From: Paraphysomonas bandaiensis
Taxonomy: Eukaryota; Protista; Chrysophyceae
Assembly: GCA_965644295.1 (NCBI GenBank)
Contig: CBFFRP010000360.1
Location: 62,001-126,000, forward strand
Direction: 5' to 3'
DNA: 64,000 nt
Part shown: one piece after another, positions 27,299 to 41,304 of the stretch
Layout: the number at the start of each line of letters is the position of its first letter
How positions within the stretch are numbered: position 1 is the stretch's first letter
The notes under the pieces: model-generated
Seen by the model: only the letters and a program-made list of their open reading frames with translations
Told to the model about the DNA's origin: nothing
Databases searched by the model: none
Position numbers and translations under genes: made by a program

Positions 27299-28054
27299 TT
27301 AGTGAGGCATATAAAATCCAAACACCGCCCCGGAGTCGGATGAGTAGTCACTGATTTTATCGTACTCGGTATGGTCTGACTGGGTACCATTCTTGATTTT
27401 TCCATTTCTTTCAGTGGTTCTTGAGTGGTCTACAACAATAAAAAACTTCGGTTGCTTTCGATGAGCTACCTCACGCTCCAAAATATTATCAAAATTAGTC
27501 ATCATTCCTTGCCGAATACACATCCGCATAAACCCGAAAAAAACTTCCACCTGTTCCGAATTCCCTTCAAAATAAATCTTGATGTCATAATCATAATACC
27601 GCTGGACGGTCCCAGTTACACCTGATTCCGTCGCTTTGCCAACAATATACTTACGAAATCCCCTGTAGCCTGCCAGTGAAGCCAGTGAACCATTCACACC
27701 TCTCAATATCATTTCAACACCATATAATTTCTGAGGAGGTTGAGTCTGTTGTACACGCTCCAATGCAGAGGATACAGTAGCAGGTGGATATTGCAACTCT
27801 GCAACAGCTGTGAATAGAATTTAATATAATGTAGATACCATGCACGTTAATAAGATTACCTGACTGACGTTGCTGCTGTTGAAGTATCATCCATTGAGTA
27901 TGCAAGTCATGAAGATTCGTTGCACACACACAGTTAGAAGCGGCAATAGAAGCATCTGATCTTCTGAAGAGGAAGCATTATACTCCTTTTCATAACGGGA
28001 AATCTGTGCCATAAGTGAAGAGATCTTCTTCTCAATATCTTGCACAGTGAACAT
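27299..28054 (-). pseudogene. Helical header plus acylphosphatase-like domain gene, frameshifted in a (TG)n run (27923-27932); intron 27808-27859
   Basis: ATG 28054 MFTVQDIEKKISSLMAQI.. shifts frame at the TG run into ATNLHDLHTQWMILQQQQ; exon 2 GFRKYIVGKATESGVTGTVQR..IYFEGNSEQV resembles the acylphosphatase fold. Confidence 0.6.
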
Positions 28055-28225
28055 CTTGTAGTAGTGAACAATATGAAGACTCCCTCTGGTTAGATTCCAG
28101 TGAGGTCATAGCTACGAGTGTTCTCTCATCTCTAGATCTTATATGAGAGCGATGCCGGATGATACCATACACACACACATACAGTGCCACTGCACACACA
28201 CAGCAACTGAACTGTATGTATGTAT

Positions 28226-28376
28226 CGTATCGGCATCCTTCGTATATTTTTGTTCAAAGATGCCTCTAATATTGAGACAACAATTATGTGTATTCCAGCC
28301 ATAGTTATACTGCAGTTATATAGACTATTTTTGCTTCATTTTATTCCCGAAAAATAAGATGCTGACTGCCGATACG
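28226..28376. mobile_element. About 150-bp MITE-like repeat (family D)
   Basis: 10-bp TIR CGTATCGGCA / TGCCGATACG; body matches 31915-32059. Confidence 0.7.
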
Positions 28377-28726
28377 TATGATGTATATACTGCTGGACAA
28401 ATAGATTAGAATACAGCCTGAACTATGGGAATACTGTGTATACTTGTGTGCTTCATCTACATATTATATACGGTATAGTATACTGCTGTACAACAGTCTC
28501 CATAGAATTCGTTGGAATGACTACGACAGCAAGAGCAGCAGATGCTTGTATTGGTTCCGTTGATTATATAGAGTATATATACGTTCTGTTTTTGTCGTTA
28601 CATGAGTTCCAAGTGGCATGCTGTGAGCTTGCACTGACATCTGCAAGCCATATATATATACCATTGCAATGGTGATGCATTCGGAACGAAGATATTTTGT
28701 TTAATTTAGTTGAGTTTGTGGAGGAA

Positions 28727-29502
28727 ATGAAGAGATCTGCTACTGTTGAAGGCTGGGAAGATGAAGCCGCTGCGATTATAGAGCATTGCTGCCCTGAAAT
28801 GATTGTGCTGGATTTGGACTTCACTATATGGCCAACCTTCTTTGCCGAACACACACTCCCTCCTTACGTTTGTTTAGATGCTGTTCCTGAAGAGTATCCG
28901 TCAACTGTCCTTTGTGTCGATCGATCCACACGGAAGCCACGAACACTGTCACTGTACTCATGTGTCCGTTCCACGATATCTTGGTGTTTGCAAAGAGGTA
29001 TACGTCTGAGTGTATGCTCGCGTAGTTCGAATTATCATGGAGCTGAAGCTATTTTGAAATGCCTTGGAATGTGGAACGTTTTTGAGGTACGCTGTAATAT
29101 TATGGATTTGCTGCTCTTCTAAGCGTTTGATACCAGTGCCCACAAATATACAGTGGTCGCAAGACACTTCACTTCCGGAACCTCCGAGGATGCACAAACA
29201 TACCATATTCAGATATACTCTTCTTTGATGACGACCAAAGAAATATCAAAGTGTGTGGTGGCATCGGTGTCACTTGTACCTTGGTTAATCGATCTATCGG
29301 CTTTGATGGGTGGACTCTGTTGGAGGGACTGAAACAGCATGCCAGAGCAAAGGCATGTAACTATACTCCATGTTCATGGGAGATTCATGCTCTTAAAAAA
29401 GCAAAATCTGTCGAGGAAGACGATACGCTTTCTGATGATTCAGAGAGCTCTGACGACACACGTAGTAGAGATTTCACTTTCCATAGATGTGCCACAGTTT
29501 AA
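28727..29502 (+). CDS. Magnesium-dependent phosphatase 1-like HAD phosphatase (intron 29087-29136)
   Basis: VLDLDFTIWP, CSRS, KTLHFRNL..IPYSDILFFDD..RN. Confidence 0.9.
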
Positions 29503-30063
29503 GCAGACAAAAATTTAGTGCTGTCTTGAACGGACTTCCGAAGCCAGCAACATGTTTCGCTTGTAGACTAAAATCATTGTGGATGTATAGCTTTCTTAGA
29601 TTTATTTTTCTTGGTATTTCGATGTTGTATCAGGAATTTATCGTGTGTTTCGAAATTTGGTCTTTTTCTGAACTGTCTATACATGTTGTAGCCGGTATAT
29701 GATTTAATTTTAATCACTTTCATTGCTTGTATTCATCATCAGATATAACATGATTCAACATACATTGTTTCTAACTTTAGTAGTACTGTCGGCCTCAACA
29801 AGTTGAAGCCCTACAACATAAAGAAGTCTCTATGGTACCACTCTAATGAAAGCAGTAGATGTTTACTCTATGTAGCCAAAAACTCATCTGAGGCCCACAG
29901 CTATTGAAGTCTGCAATTATCATTATTTGAAACTATGTGTACGGCTATCGAGGCTATTATATCGACACGAATAAATGACGAAAATACGTTTCCGAGAATG
30001 GGCAAGAAATTGAACAAAAGTAATGGTTTCAAATCTAGGTATAACTATTGCCGTCATATTCCC

Positions 30064-31224
30064 CTAGCTGCTCTGCATCATCTCTGAGTATGCTTTCTGC
30101 TCCGCCGTCATCCCCATAGGCGTCATCATCATCATCCTTAGTATCCAATATAAAAACGATGAGTATTTAGAGAGTGTAACTACGTATTCTACCGGCTCGT
30201 TGTCATCACCGGGATAATATTGTACCTCGCTTGCTAAAGGATCTGTGGATGAGGAAGATGAATTCAATAATTCAGATTCAATAGATGACTCGTCTCCCGA
30301 CTCATCCATGTCATCACATGCATAATAAGATCCATATCCTAGCTGTCCGACTAGAATGTATCTTCGTGCAAATTAAACATGGCATTCAAATTATAGATGA
30401 CAGACCTAGTACCAGTTTTAAGGGGTTCTCCAATATGCTTCCTCTGACCAGGAAATAAAACCATCGTACCAACCCTTGGCGAATAATGCGTGGTGACATC
30501 ATCTCCATGCTTTAATGGTAAGAATGTCGTACCACCGCCTGTGAAGTTATCGTTTAGAGCTATTACAAAGCTAAATTCGCCTCCATCAAGGTGTGCCTCG
30601 AGATAACTACCAAAATCGTCAATGTTATTCTTTTATACAGTGACATACCTTTGTGCCCCAACTGCATACTTGACGATGAAGACTTCATTTACACCAAGTA
30701 TACTGCTGACAAGTTCATATTTCTACTATATAAGTTACCAAAATCTGTATATAGAAAAAGACAACCTCATTTATAAGCGGAATTATCTGTCCATATACTA
30801 AATTCAGAGAGAAATACGACAGGCTTTCAATTTCCGTCAATTCTAGATCAGTGGTAGCGTAATACTCGTGTCGCTTTGTGTGCCATCCATGAATAGATGC
30901 ATGTTTCTCAGCTTCAGTTATGATCCAGTCACATTCCATAGTAGACAGTACATTATCAACAGTGTAAATAGGACTGAATATCTTATCCATATGCGCATAG
31001 GAGGATCTCTTACATATCGATTTGATCACTTCATTCCTCTCTTGTTGAATGTTTCTTGAATTTCTAAATGGATATAATTGTCTTGAAACACCCTGCTGAG
31101 CCACTACTAAATCTATGGGTGATGTACGAGAATAATGATGCGAGAAGGTCTTAAAATACACGATCACCACAGACAGCAATATCCATATGAGGGATATGAT
31201 CACAAGACACTCTAGTACCTTCAT
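30064..31224 (-). CDS. 2OG-Fe(II) dioxygenase (PLOD C-terminal-like) with N-terminal membrane anchor, multi-exon
   Basis: GWHTKRHEYYATTDL; spliced HLDGGEFSFVIALNDNFTGGGT, H.GEPL..GTRYILVG. Confidence 0.85.
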
Positions 31225-31914
31225 GATAACAACTACACATTGCTTTGGATGAATAAGAGTCTGATTGTTTGTTGTTAAGTCAATTAGAGGTTGATGTGTA
31301 CACTTGAAATATTGACTTACACTGCCATATATATACATACATATGCATATGTAAGTGTATGCATATATATGTACTTACACACTACTATGTATGTGTATGT
31401 ATGAGTGTGTATCATAGATAAGTACACTGCTGTACTACAGTATGAATCATATCAGTGCACTGATACACTGTGCAATTGACTGTCAAGTCCACATACTTAT
31501 ACACAGTGCTATAGGCTATAGGGATGCCTGTAGGGCACTGTATGGACTAGATTATCAGTAAGTCCAATGTAGAATACACCGACAGACAGTGTTATTGTGG
31601 TATCATGAAGAGAGTTGACACAGGAGTGCAATGACACGAGATTGAAACACCCCCTCAAGATGATCTATGGACACAGTGTTGCATTTACATGAGGGGGAGT
31701 TGCTGAGGAGTCTCCTGTACTGTACTTCCACTGCTATATATTCCAAAATTCTATAATATGTGTGGAATATCCGAAATTCTATAATATAATATTAGGAAAA
31801 CAGTGAAATATGAAAAAAACCACATGTTTTTTAGTGTCACACCCATTTTTTTGGATCTGTGGGACTATTGTGGACAAGAAATGGCATGAAGGTACACTGC
31901 ATACTGGGGCTGCG

Positions 31915-32059
31915 GGCATCCTGTGTATATTTTTGTTCACATATGCCTCTAATATGGACACAACAATTATGTGTAATACAGCCGTAGTTGTATGTAAGTA
32001 ATATAGAGTATATTTACTTCAATTTATTACCGAAAAATAAGATGCTGACTGCCGATACG
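31915..32059. mobile_element. Second copy of family D repeat
   Basis: Shares ATGCCTCTAATAT..ACAACAATTATGTGTA..CCGAAAAATAAGATGCTGACTGCCGATACGTATG with 28226-28380. Confidence 0.7.
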
Positions 32060-32173
32060 TATGTCAGTATAGTTAAGTGCTTGACAATCACTTACATACT
32101 CACACTTTATAGAACTGTATATGGAAAGCAATATGCAGTGTATTTTATGTTGCCGTGTTGAGTGGAGTGGAGT

Positions 32174-32196
32174 GGGGTGGGGTGGGGTGGGGTGGG
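32174..32196 (+). other. G-quadruplex-forming (GGGGT)n tract
   Basis: Five G-tracts with 1-nt loops. Confidence 0.7.
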
Positions 32197-32739
32197 TGCA
32201 GTGCGTTTGAATGAGTTTGAATAAGGCGCTGCCATCGTCGGGTATGCTGGCTTACTCTAAGAGGAAGGAGCGTATGTACGTGCTTCAGACAGTATAAGTA
32301 ATAATCAAAGCGGTGAAGCATCTTAAGTTAATTATCAAAATCTGAATCCACATGAATTAAATAGAATGTAGTGTATTGTCACAATCAGCATTATATGAAG
32401 GTGGCGTATGGTGTATTCCTCTCCAGGCAATGTTCTGAATTTGTTATGGGAAGTTATACAGCATCACTGTCTAATCACTGTGTTTCATAGAATAGTAGAA
32501 CTGTCATTAATGGGATATACCATAGGTCCTGTTAGCATTGGATATATCACTGAAGTTAACTTTGTTCTACAACTAAACCTTAATCTTGCGTTGTTGAACA
32601 CAATGTACTTTCAAGTAAGAAAATTTTACATATTAATCTAAACACTTCACTACATATTCATGAAACATCTGGTGAACATCTGTGGAATGCAAGTACGGTT
32701 GAAGATGCTATACGTACTTGCAATGAGTAACTAAGTTAA

Positions 32740-32905
32740 TAGAAATAACTGCAATTATAATTGCGCGAGCTATAACTAATAATTGCAAAAAAACACTTGC
32801 AATTAATTGTTACGCAGCCCTGCTTAACTCTGATATCCTACTATTTAACGCTACGAAAGCTGCTTGTGCGTCACCGCAAGCACCAAGGTGCAACCAGTTT
32901 CACTC
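32740..32905 (-). mobile_element. Family C hAT-type end (to 32822) abutting a family A fragment (32823-32905)
   Basis: GTTACGCAGCCCTG terminus, then TATCCTACTATTTAACGCTAC..GCAAGCACCAAGGTGCAACCA, matching the family A core. Confidence 0.7.
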
Positions 32906-33493
32906 TATTTCTCAAAGCTAACTCCGTGAGCAAGCAGAAAGTTAATATACAAGACAGCTGCATATTATTACACTGTTAAAGATAGTACAAGTTACAACAC
33001 ACAACACACAACACACACGCAGGGCATGGGGTTGAGGAACACTACATGACAATAGTATTGTTGTGTAGTAGCTGTTAGGTAGCAGCTAGCACATGCGTAT
33101 ATTGCATTTTTAGTCCTAGTCATTAAGATCACGTGATAACCAATCCCACTACGCTGCTGAACAACGACTACCTAACACCGTAGCTAATCTAAACGGGTGA
33201 TCCCATATTTAATTTTTTGGCTAGAAACTAGAAACAGCCAATAACACGCACCGTGAACCCAAATTTAACTTGTAAATTCTGTGAAACCTGTAGTAATATC
33301 GGACAGTTATACACTCCCCACAGTAAAAAATAATTCACGTAGTCTACATAAAGCTTCCCGGGTACATATACACCCTACCGATGCAAGGTTAATCGGAATT
33401 GACAATCAATTGTTTCGAAAGCATGACCACAGCATCTTAACTGGCAATATAATATACTAAAATTGTCAATAAAAATAATATAAAATATACATA

Positions 33494-33891
33494 TTAAATT
33501 AGATTCTTCTCCCGAAGTTGTTTGTCGAATTCGTACTTCATTTTCGCATTATTTTGTATTTCATATGCCGTATGACGCAACTTAAAAACAGTAACTAATA
33601 AAAATGTAGCCAGCCCAGCTCGTAATGCATGACCAATGTTTCCTAAAATAGGGCACCATATAAAGAAAAGCATATGATATGTAGAGACACCACACACCTC
33701 TATACAATCTCATCTTGTGAGCCATTACCAGCCCACTACAGCACGCGCCCCAAGCATAAGACTTCATCACACTGTGGATATGGAATATTACAATGAATTA
33801 CAATATATACATGCTCTTACAATGGATTCCTTGCCATTACAGAGACTCGCTCCCATGTAGACATCTCATTGAATTTCTTTCCGTTAGTCAT
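33494..33891 (-). CDS. Small two-TM protein, weakly COX20-like, 3 exons
   Basis: Spliced NPFVMKSYAWGACCSGLVMAHKMRLYRGNIGHALRAGLATFLL; GT-AG introns in phase; product call is tentative. Confidence 0.55.
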
Positions 33892-34060
33892 CTTGTCAGT
33901 GAGGCTGAGGATGGCCTCAGACAGTACTAGATATAGCTATAGTATTATTAACAGATGCTTAGAAGTCGTTTCACCCTGTTGGACTCTGACCAGAGAGCTG
34001 CTCGAATGACTGACTCCGATAGTAAAATAACACCCACATATACATGTACAGTGCTGTACG

Positions 34061-34540
34061 TACATACATACATACATACATACATACATACATACATACA
34101 TACATACATACATACATACATACATACATACATACATACATACATACCTACATACCTACATACCTACATACCTACATACCTACATACCTACATACCTACA
34201 TACATACCTACATACATACATACATACATACATACATACATACATACATACATACATACATACATACCTACATACATACATACATACATACATACATACA
34301 TACATACATACATACATACATACATACATACATACATACATACATACATACATACATACATACATACATACATACATACATACATACATACATACATACA
34401 TACATACATACATACATACATACATACATACCTACATACCTACATACATACATACATACATACATACATACATACATACATACATACATACATACATACA
34501 TACATACATACATACATACATACATACATACATACATACA

Positions 34541-34570
<30 letters not shown>
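34061..34570. repeat. (TACA)n microsatellite with TACC variants, about 510 bp, between divergent genes
   Basis: Array about 170 bp from the small gene ATG and about 360 bp from the ATPase ATG. Confidence 0.99.
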
Positions 34571-34572
<2 letters not shown>

Positions 34573-34929
34573 GTTCTGATGTATTTGACTGTATAGTAGT
34601 ACTGCATATGTACCTATGAATGTATATGTATATGTATATATGTATATGATGTGGTCTATCGTCTGTCTGTCCATGTAGATGTTGGTGTCTTATAGAACAC
34701 GCTGTCGTGTATTAAATGGACGCACTCCTACTCCCCACTATCTCCATTGCATCACTTAACCATCTCAGCGGTACCCATTAGCCCCCATATCACCCTCAAT
34801 TCCCTTACGATCAGCTGTATATACATACATATCTATGTTGGTATATTCACCCAGCAGATAACAGTTATCACTCGATAGTTTAATAACTAGCTGCTGTCTG
34901 ATACTCCTCTGAGGTTCATTGAAGAGGAT

Positions 34930-37900
34930 ATGGATTACATTCAATCCCTTCAGTATGTATTGGGATATCGACCCCCTCCACAGCCGTATAGAGAGGTGCG
35001 TATCGGTGCAGTGGAGCACAGTGATGATTACCGTCAACGAGTAAAATCATTTACCTCGAATGCTGTTACTACATCGAAGTACAATATGTTTACGTTTATA
35101 CCAAGGTAAGAATCATGTGTTTGGATGTTATGTTTTAAGCATAAATGATTCGAATGCAGATCACTATTTGAGCAATTTCGAAGACTTGCAAACGTGTATT
35201 TTTTGCTGATCAGCATTCTGATGTTGATCGGGACATACACTTTGTATTACGATTCTCCTTTAGATCCCTGGTCTACCTTGATTCCTCTCATTATTGTCCT
35301 TGTTATAAGCATTTGTAAGGAAGGTGCAGAAGATCTCAAACGCCATAGAGCTGATAAACAGACAAACTACCGTGTCGCTCAGAAGATATCGTCAAGTCCA
35401 ACTGAAACGACACAGGATTTGTATTGGCAGGATATACGTGTTGGTGATATTATACTTCTACATAATAACGATGAAATTCCAGCTGATATGATACTTCTTT
35501 CATCCTCTGAAGGCAATGGAGTTGTGTACATTGAAACTGCGAATATAGACGGCGAAACGAATCTTAAGCTCAAAAATTCAGCTCGCACTACTCGCTCAGG
35601 GCCAGCATGGCAGTCTCCACAGGACATCAAAGAGTAAGCTTCACATGCTATGTGCCACCTGTACTTATATATTTTTGTACTGCAGTCTACAGATGATAAT
35701 TCAATGCGAGCATCCCAACTCGTCTATTCACCACTTCAACGGCACATTGTTTTGGGAAGGAAAAGAAATTGCAGTTGATTCTAGTAATTTTCTTCTGCGT
35801 GGTTCTGCTATACGGAATACATCATGGGCGCTGGGTGCGGTTGTATACACAGGACAGCAGTCTAAGATTGTTCTTAATTCTCGTCGAGCTCCGAGCAAAA
35901 TGTCCTCTGTAGAGCGGTCAATGAACAATCTTATATACCTAGTATTCTCTGCCCAGGTGCTCCTTTCTACACTTTCTCTTATTTGCTACATTGTATGGAG
36001 TGCTTATTACTATAGCCAGCTGATGTATTTGTGCTACAACTACGAGTCCAGCTCGAACCCACTCTATCGTGATGGCTGTATCAAGGCAACAGATTACAGT
36101 GACTCTGGTTACTTTTTTACATTTTTCATTCTATATTGTAATTTCTTACCAATTTCGCTATACGTCACGGTAGAGTTCTGCAATTACATTCAAGCGTTTT
36201 ATATTGATAATGACTTGGAGATGTATGATAAAAACACTGATACCCCAGCTTTGGCGCGCACCTCTAACATGAATGGGGACTTGGGAATGATCGAGTACGT
36301 TTTCAGCGATAAAACTGGTACTCTGACTCAAAATGTGATGACTTTTCGGCAATGTTCGATTGGTGGGGAAGTATACGGGGACTCCCCCAGTGAATCGAGT
36401 GATGACGATACGAGGATGTCTACCCTGCGTAGCAGTGGTACCATCAATGGAAAGTCATTAGATGTGCTTCGTGAACGATCCGGGGAAGTGCAATCGGTGT
36501 ATGCAGACTTCGTATTCGTGCTTAGTGTTGCCCACACTGTGGTTATAGACAGGGATACAGGAGCCTATCAATCAGAGTCTCCGGATGAATTTGCGTTGGT
36601 ACAGGCCGGTCGGGAACTAGGATGGAAATTTGTTAAACGCACCCCAGAGTATGTAACCGTGACACGACTGCGGAGTGGTGAACCAGCTACTGAAAAGTTA
36701 GAAGAAATGAAATTTGAAATTCTAGCCACCATTCCGTTTGACAGTACTCGAAAGAGAATGAGTGTTATAGTTAAGCATCCGATCTCTGGGGAGACTGTGC
36801 TGTTCTGCAAAGGGGCTGATAATATTATATTTGATCGTTCAGTTGGATATGCTGCAGGCTCAACACGAGAGAATCTTGAGCGCCATTTGGGGATGTTTGC
36901 GTCCGATGGATTAAGAACTCTTGCTCTTGCTAGAAGAACCCTGACTGCTGATGATGTTGAACGTTTTATGAGCATATGGCGAGAGGCAGAGGGTAGCGTA
37001 GTTGGCCGCAGTGAGCTGGTAGCCAGAGCCGCGGCATTAGTTGAGAAGAGCCTCACTGTACTTGGAGTTACTGCCATTGAGGACAAGTTGCAGGAGGGAG
37101 TTCCTCAGACAATTGCGGATCTCGGGAACGCAGGCGTTAAGTTTTGGGTCCTTACAGGTGACAAAGTTGAGACTGCTATCAATATCGGATATTCTTGTCG
37201 CCTGCTTGGACCTGAAATGGTTCTCATACGCCTGCAAGAGACCGGGGAAGGGCTGGATGTAGTTAAACATCGAATCGAGGTCTTGTTACGCCAATTAAAG
37301 TGTATTACAGAAGACACTGATACTGTTGGTGAGATCTGGAGCAGCGTGCAAGAGGCCATCAAGAGCTCTATATCGCCTCTACCACAGTCGCCTAGCCTTC
37401 TACAATCTCTCATTTCGTCGTATTGTAGTAATAGTAATAGTGCTTCGAAACCACTCACTTCTAATGCCCAGTATACTGGTACTACAAGTCTCGGTGGAGG
37501 TATGGGGAATGACTCATCAGGACATGAACGTCAAGACTCCCATGCATTCCTTGACCGCCCCCCACAGAGTCCAGCCCTGGAGGATCTAACCTCTGATCAC
37601 CTTGCTCTGATAGTGGATGGGGACATGCTAACCAGACTACTGGGTGACCCACATGCAGAGAAATTACTGCTCATTCTTGCCCGCATATGTAAATCTGTCT
37701 TAGCATGCCGTGTCAGCCCAGAGCAGAAGCGCTTATTAGTAAAGCTCGTTAAGAGAGGAATATCTCCTCACCCTATTACGCTGGCCATTGGTGATGGTGC
37801 GAACGATGTAGCCATGATCCAGGAGGCCCAGGTCGGCGTAGGAATTAGTGGGAAAGAGGGAAGACAGGCGGTGAATTCTTCTGATTTTGCTATCGCGCAG

Positions 37901-39216
37901 TTCAGGTTCTTAAAACGGTTGATGCTCGTGCACGGTCGCACAGACTACAGACGTGTCTCAAAAGTAGTCCTGTATTCGTTCTATAAGAATATTGTCTTGA
38001 CTTTCACCCTTTTCTTCTTTCAGTTTTTTTGTGGATATAGTGGCCTGTCTTTTTTCGACGACTACATATATTCTAGTTACAATTTTATACTAGCCTTTCC
38101 TGTCATAGGGTTTGGTATTTTTGACCAGGATATATCTGCGGAGTCGTTACAAAAACATAATATGCTGTACGTGACGGGTAGAGAGCGGCAGGACATGAAC
38201 ATTGCGGTGCTAGGGAAGCAATTGCTACAGGCGACAGTAGATGCAGTGATAATATACTTCATTCCCTATGCAAACTTTCATGTTAGTGACGTCAACACAG
38301 AGAACGGGAAGTTGGATGGCATTTGGGTGTTTGGAAGCACTGTATTCACATGTCTAATATTGTCCCAATTGGCTCGTTGCGCATGGCTAACTTACACTTG
38401 GACGTGGCTTTCAGTTTTGTTTTGGTTGGGGAGTGCGCTGTTCTTTTACCTATTCATTTTATCATATCAGGTTTTTCTAGGAATATTATTTGTTCCGCTA
38501 TTTAACTCTTTGTAATTATGTTGTACAGTATATAGCGTACTTTTATGATTACTACAACGTCACTACCCACATGATGGACCTTCCCCTGTTTTGGATGTTG
38601 TGTTTTTTAGTTCCAGTTATGACGATGGGCGTTGAGGTCACATTATCACTGGTGAGATATTTCTACATTCTCTAGAAGTTTTAATATGTGTTTATTCGCA
38701 GATACAGCGGGAGTTTTATCCTACACTAATCGATGTGTGTGTAGAGTATGATAGGGGATATGGTAATTCCGACGAGGGAATGCGTGGGCAGAACATGTTT
38801 GCATCACCAGAAGGGTCTGATTCTTATGACGCTGAAGCTAGATTGAGGCTGTCGAATATTGCTGGGAAACGAAAATTTCCTTTGGACTGGAAATCTATCA
38901 AAGAAATGTACGGACGGCTAGGAATAGACGAGAGAGAAGGTCTTGGAATGCATGTAAGTACAATTAACATATGTGGATATATCTTACGGTAACTGTACAG
39001 AATACATCTGAAGGGCCAAGAGCATCCTCCTTTAATTTTGACTATGTAACAAGAGAGTACGGTCCCGGTGCGGGTTTGATGTTTATCTCGAATGCATTTC
39101 AAAAAGTTGGGAATGCCATTTTCGAAAGCATTAGAGGCACCACGGGCTCTAGTAGAGAGGAGTTTTCACAACCTGATGTGGGTTATAAGGACCCTACTAA
39201 CTTTTCGATGGAATAA
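34930..39216 (+). CDS. P4-type phospholipid-flipping ATPase, multi-exon
   Basis: TSKYN..TFIP, ETANIDGETNLK, PISLYVTVE, YVFSDKTGTLTQN, SPDEFAL, WVLTGDKVETA, CRVSPEQK, IGDGANDV, FYKN. Confidence 0.97.
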
Positions 39217-40002
39217 AACCTTGTATAGAGTTGTTTGCTGGATATATTTTTGAAGTCGTATGTTGTGTTTAGTTCATTTCCAAATAGTGTATGCAGCCAG
39301 TGAAGGTAATAAGTACACCATGTAAGTCGAATATACTACATGTGTTGGAGAAAGCAGGAATATCTATTGTATAAATTACTGGCAACATATATTCACAAGA
39401 GGCTAATGATGGTTTCAAGATGAGGAGGTTATATTGTAAGAAGTGTGTCACACTATAGCAGTACGATTGTGTTAGAAAGTATACAAGTATACGATACTTA
39501 CTGTGCACTTCCAACACTCCATTCTATTAATTGTCAGTTGTGAGTTTGGTTTCGATATATATGAAGCACCAGACGCAGCGTGCAAGTACAAAAGTAAAAA
39601 TTCTTACTTTTTCTGCTTCCAGTGTAGCGAAAATGGTTGATAACAATAAAGAATTGATCTTTATAATAGAAAAACAATGTTGTGATTATTAGAGTGTAAG
39701 TAATGAACACGATAGAGTGAAAATTATGAATAACAATATAGGACGTACTATCATGCATAACGGAATAGTTAGAAGTGTAACTGATAATGACGACGTTATG
39801 ATGACGATCACGTATCTTCGACAGATACTCTCTCTAATTCAGTTCATGGTATATTTCATTGAACATTATAACTCACAGATATAATCATGATGTATTAAGC
39901 TGAATCCTAATAATAACTATTCAGCATATATAATGTATTCATTGTTCATGACATGTCTTGAAATTAAGTGCTATATAGTGATACCAATTTTACAGCTGAC
40001 AT

Positions 40003-40410
40003 TCCTCAACAAAAAGACGGGCTCGCACCTTTTCGTGGTGTTCTGCGGGATAAGTACCGGAGATATTTCTCCAGGGAACTTAAGTGAGCCGAATTTATAG
40101 TCAGCAGATATTGTTCTGCCCAATCATAGCACTTGTGTAGATTGATGTCTTGGAGCCTTGACGAATAAACCGGCATCAGGGAATGGGCGCACGTGCCCAC
40201 CTCAAGGGCATCCGGGGTATCGGGCTGCCTACTGAAGTCAAGCATCCGGGATAGTTCACCTTACGGACAGAGAGCGAAAGTGGTTGCTCCTTGTTGTTGC
40301 TTTCGTAGCGTCAAATAGTAGGATATCAAAGTTAAACACTAGTTGGCTAAATTGTTTTGTTACATTAGTTCTGACTCATACACGCCTATTGCTAATAATC
40401 AGACATTTAC
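40003..40410 (+). mobile_element. Family A interspersed element (408 bp) with 12-bp TSD
   Basis: Flanked by TACAGCTGACAT at 39991-40002 and 40411-40422; similar to 6527-6840 and other copies. Confidence 0.88.
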
Positions 40411-41304
40411 TACAGCTGACATGAGTAAACTACAAGCGTGCAACATAGTTCATTGTTTATAAATAGGTGACATGACTTGTCTTAGTTGAAATATGTTAAA
40501 GGTAAATAAGGTAATTCTATAGCTTCTATATATATCTAAGTAAAATTATAGTTAAAGTAGTATTAGAATACGTTGTAACTGTAGTGTCTGAAGTGTTGTG
40601 TGTTGAGTAAATATAAGTCTTATCGAGGGAAATAAAGCCCAGACAATAACTTGATACTATAACTACATAACTACAAGCGTACTACCAATACATACATTAC
40701 ATCAATAATTCATCACCTATAGCGCATTAACCATCATTACATATTACATATTGTAACAGTACAATATCATTTGATCCTACTAATTCTTTCATTTGTTTCT
40801 ATTAAACTAAAAAGTGTCATTTGTTCCTACGAAAATAAAACTGGCAGATGAGCTGTACTTAAATTAAGTAGAATCCAATCAAAAATTTAACATAGTAGGA
40901 GCGTTTGAAAAATTTAGTAGGCTTACCGCCATTTTTAATTTAATAGGAACGTCCACAAAGGTTAAATTTACTAGGGGCAAATATAGCACCGCACGACTAT
41001 TGACTTCCGAAAATTCACAGTATATTAAATTAAGACAGCACGTAGGCATTAACTTCCTTCGTACAAAGAATAAGTAGATGCCTTAAAACGTCTATTTCTC
41101 AACTCTTTCTATGATATACGTTACACACAGCACGCTATATTCCTTCCAGCAGTACTCAACACTCTATCGAATAACACAGTCGTGCAAAAATCAGTTACAG
41201 AAAGTGTTTCTCTGACTGAGATGACAGCCATCAGATATACACATAGAAAATAAATCAAAGCCAATAAAATCAAAAGCAATGCAGATATAGACACACAGTC
41301 ATCA

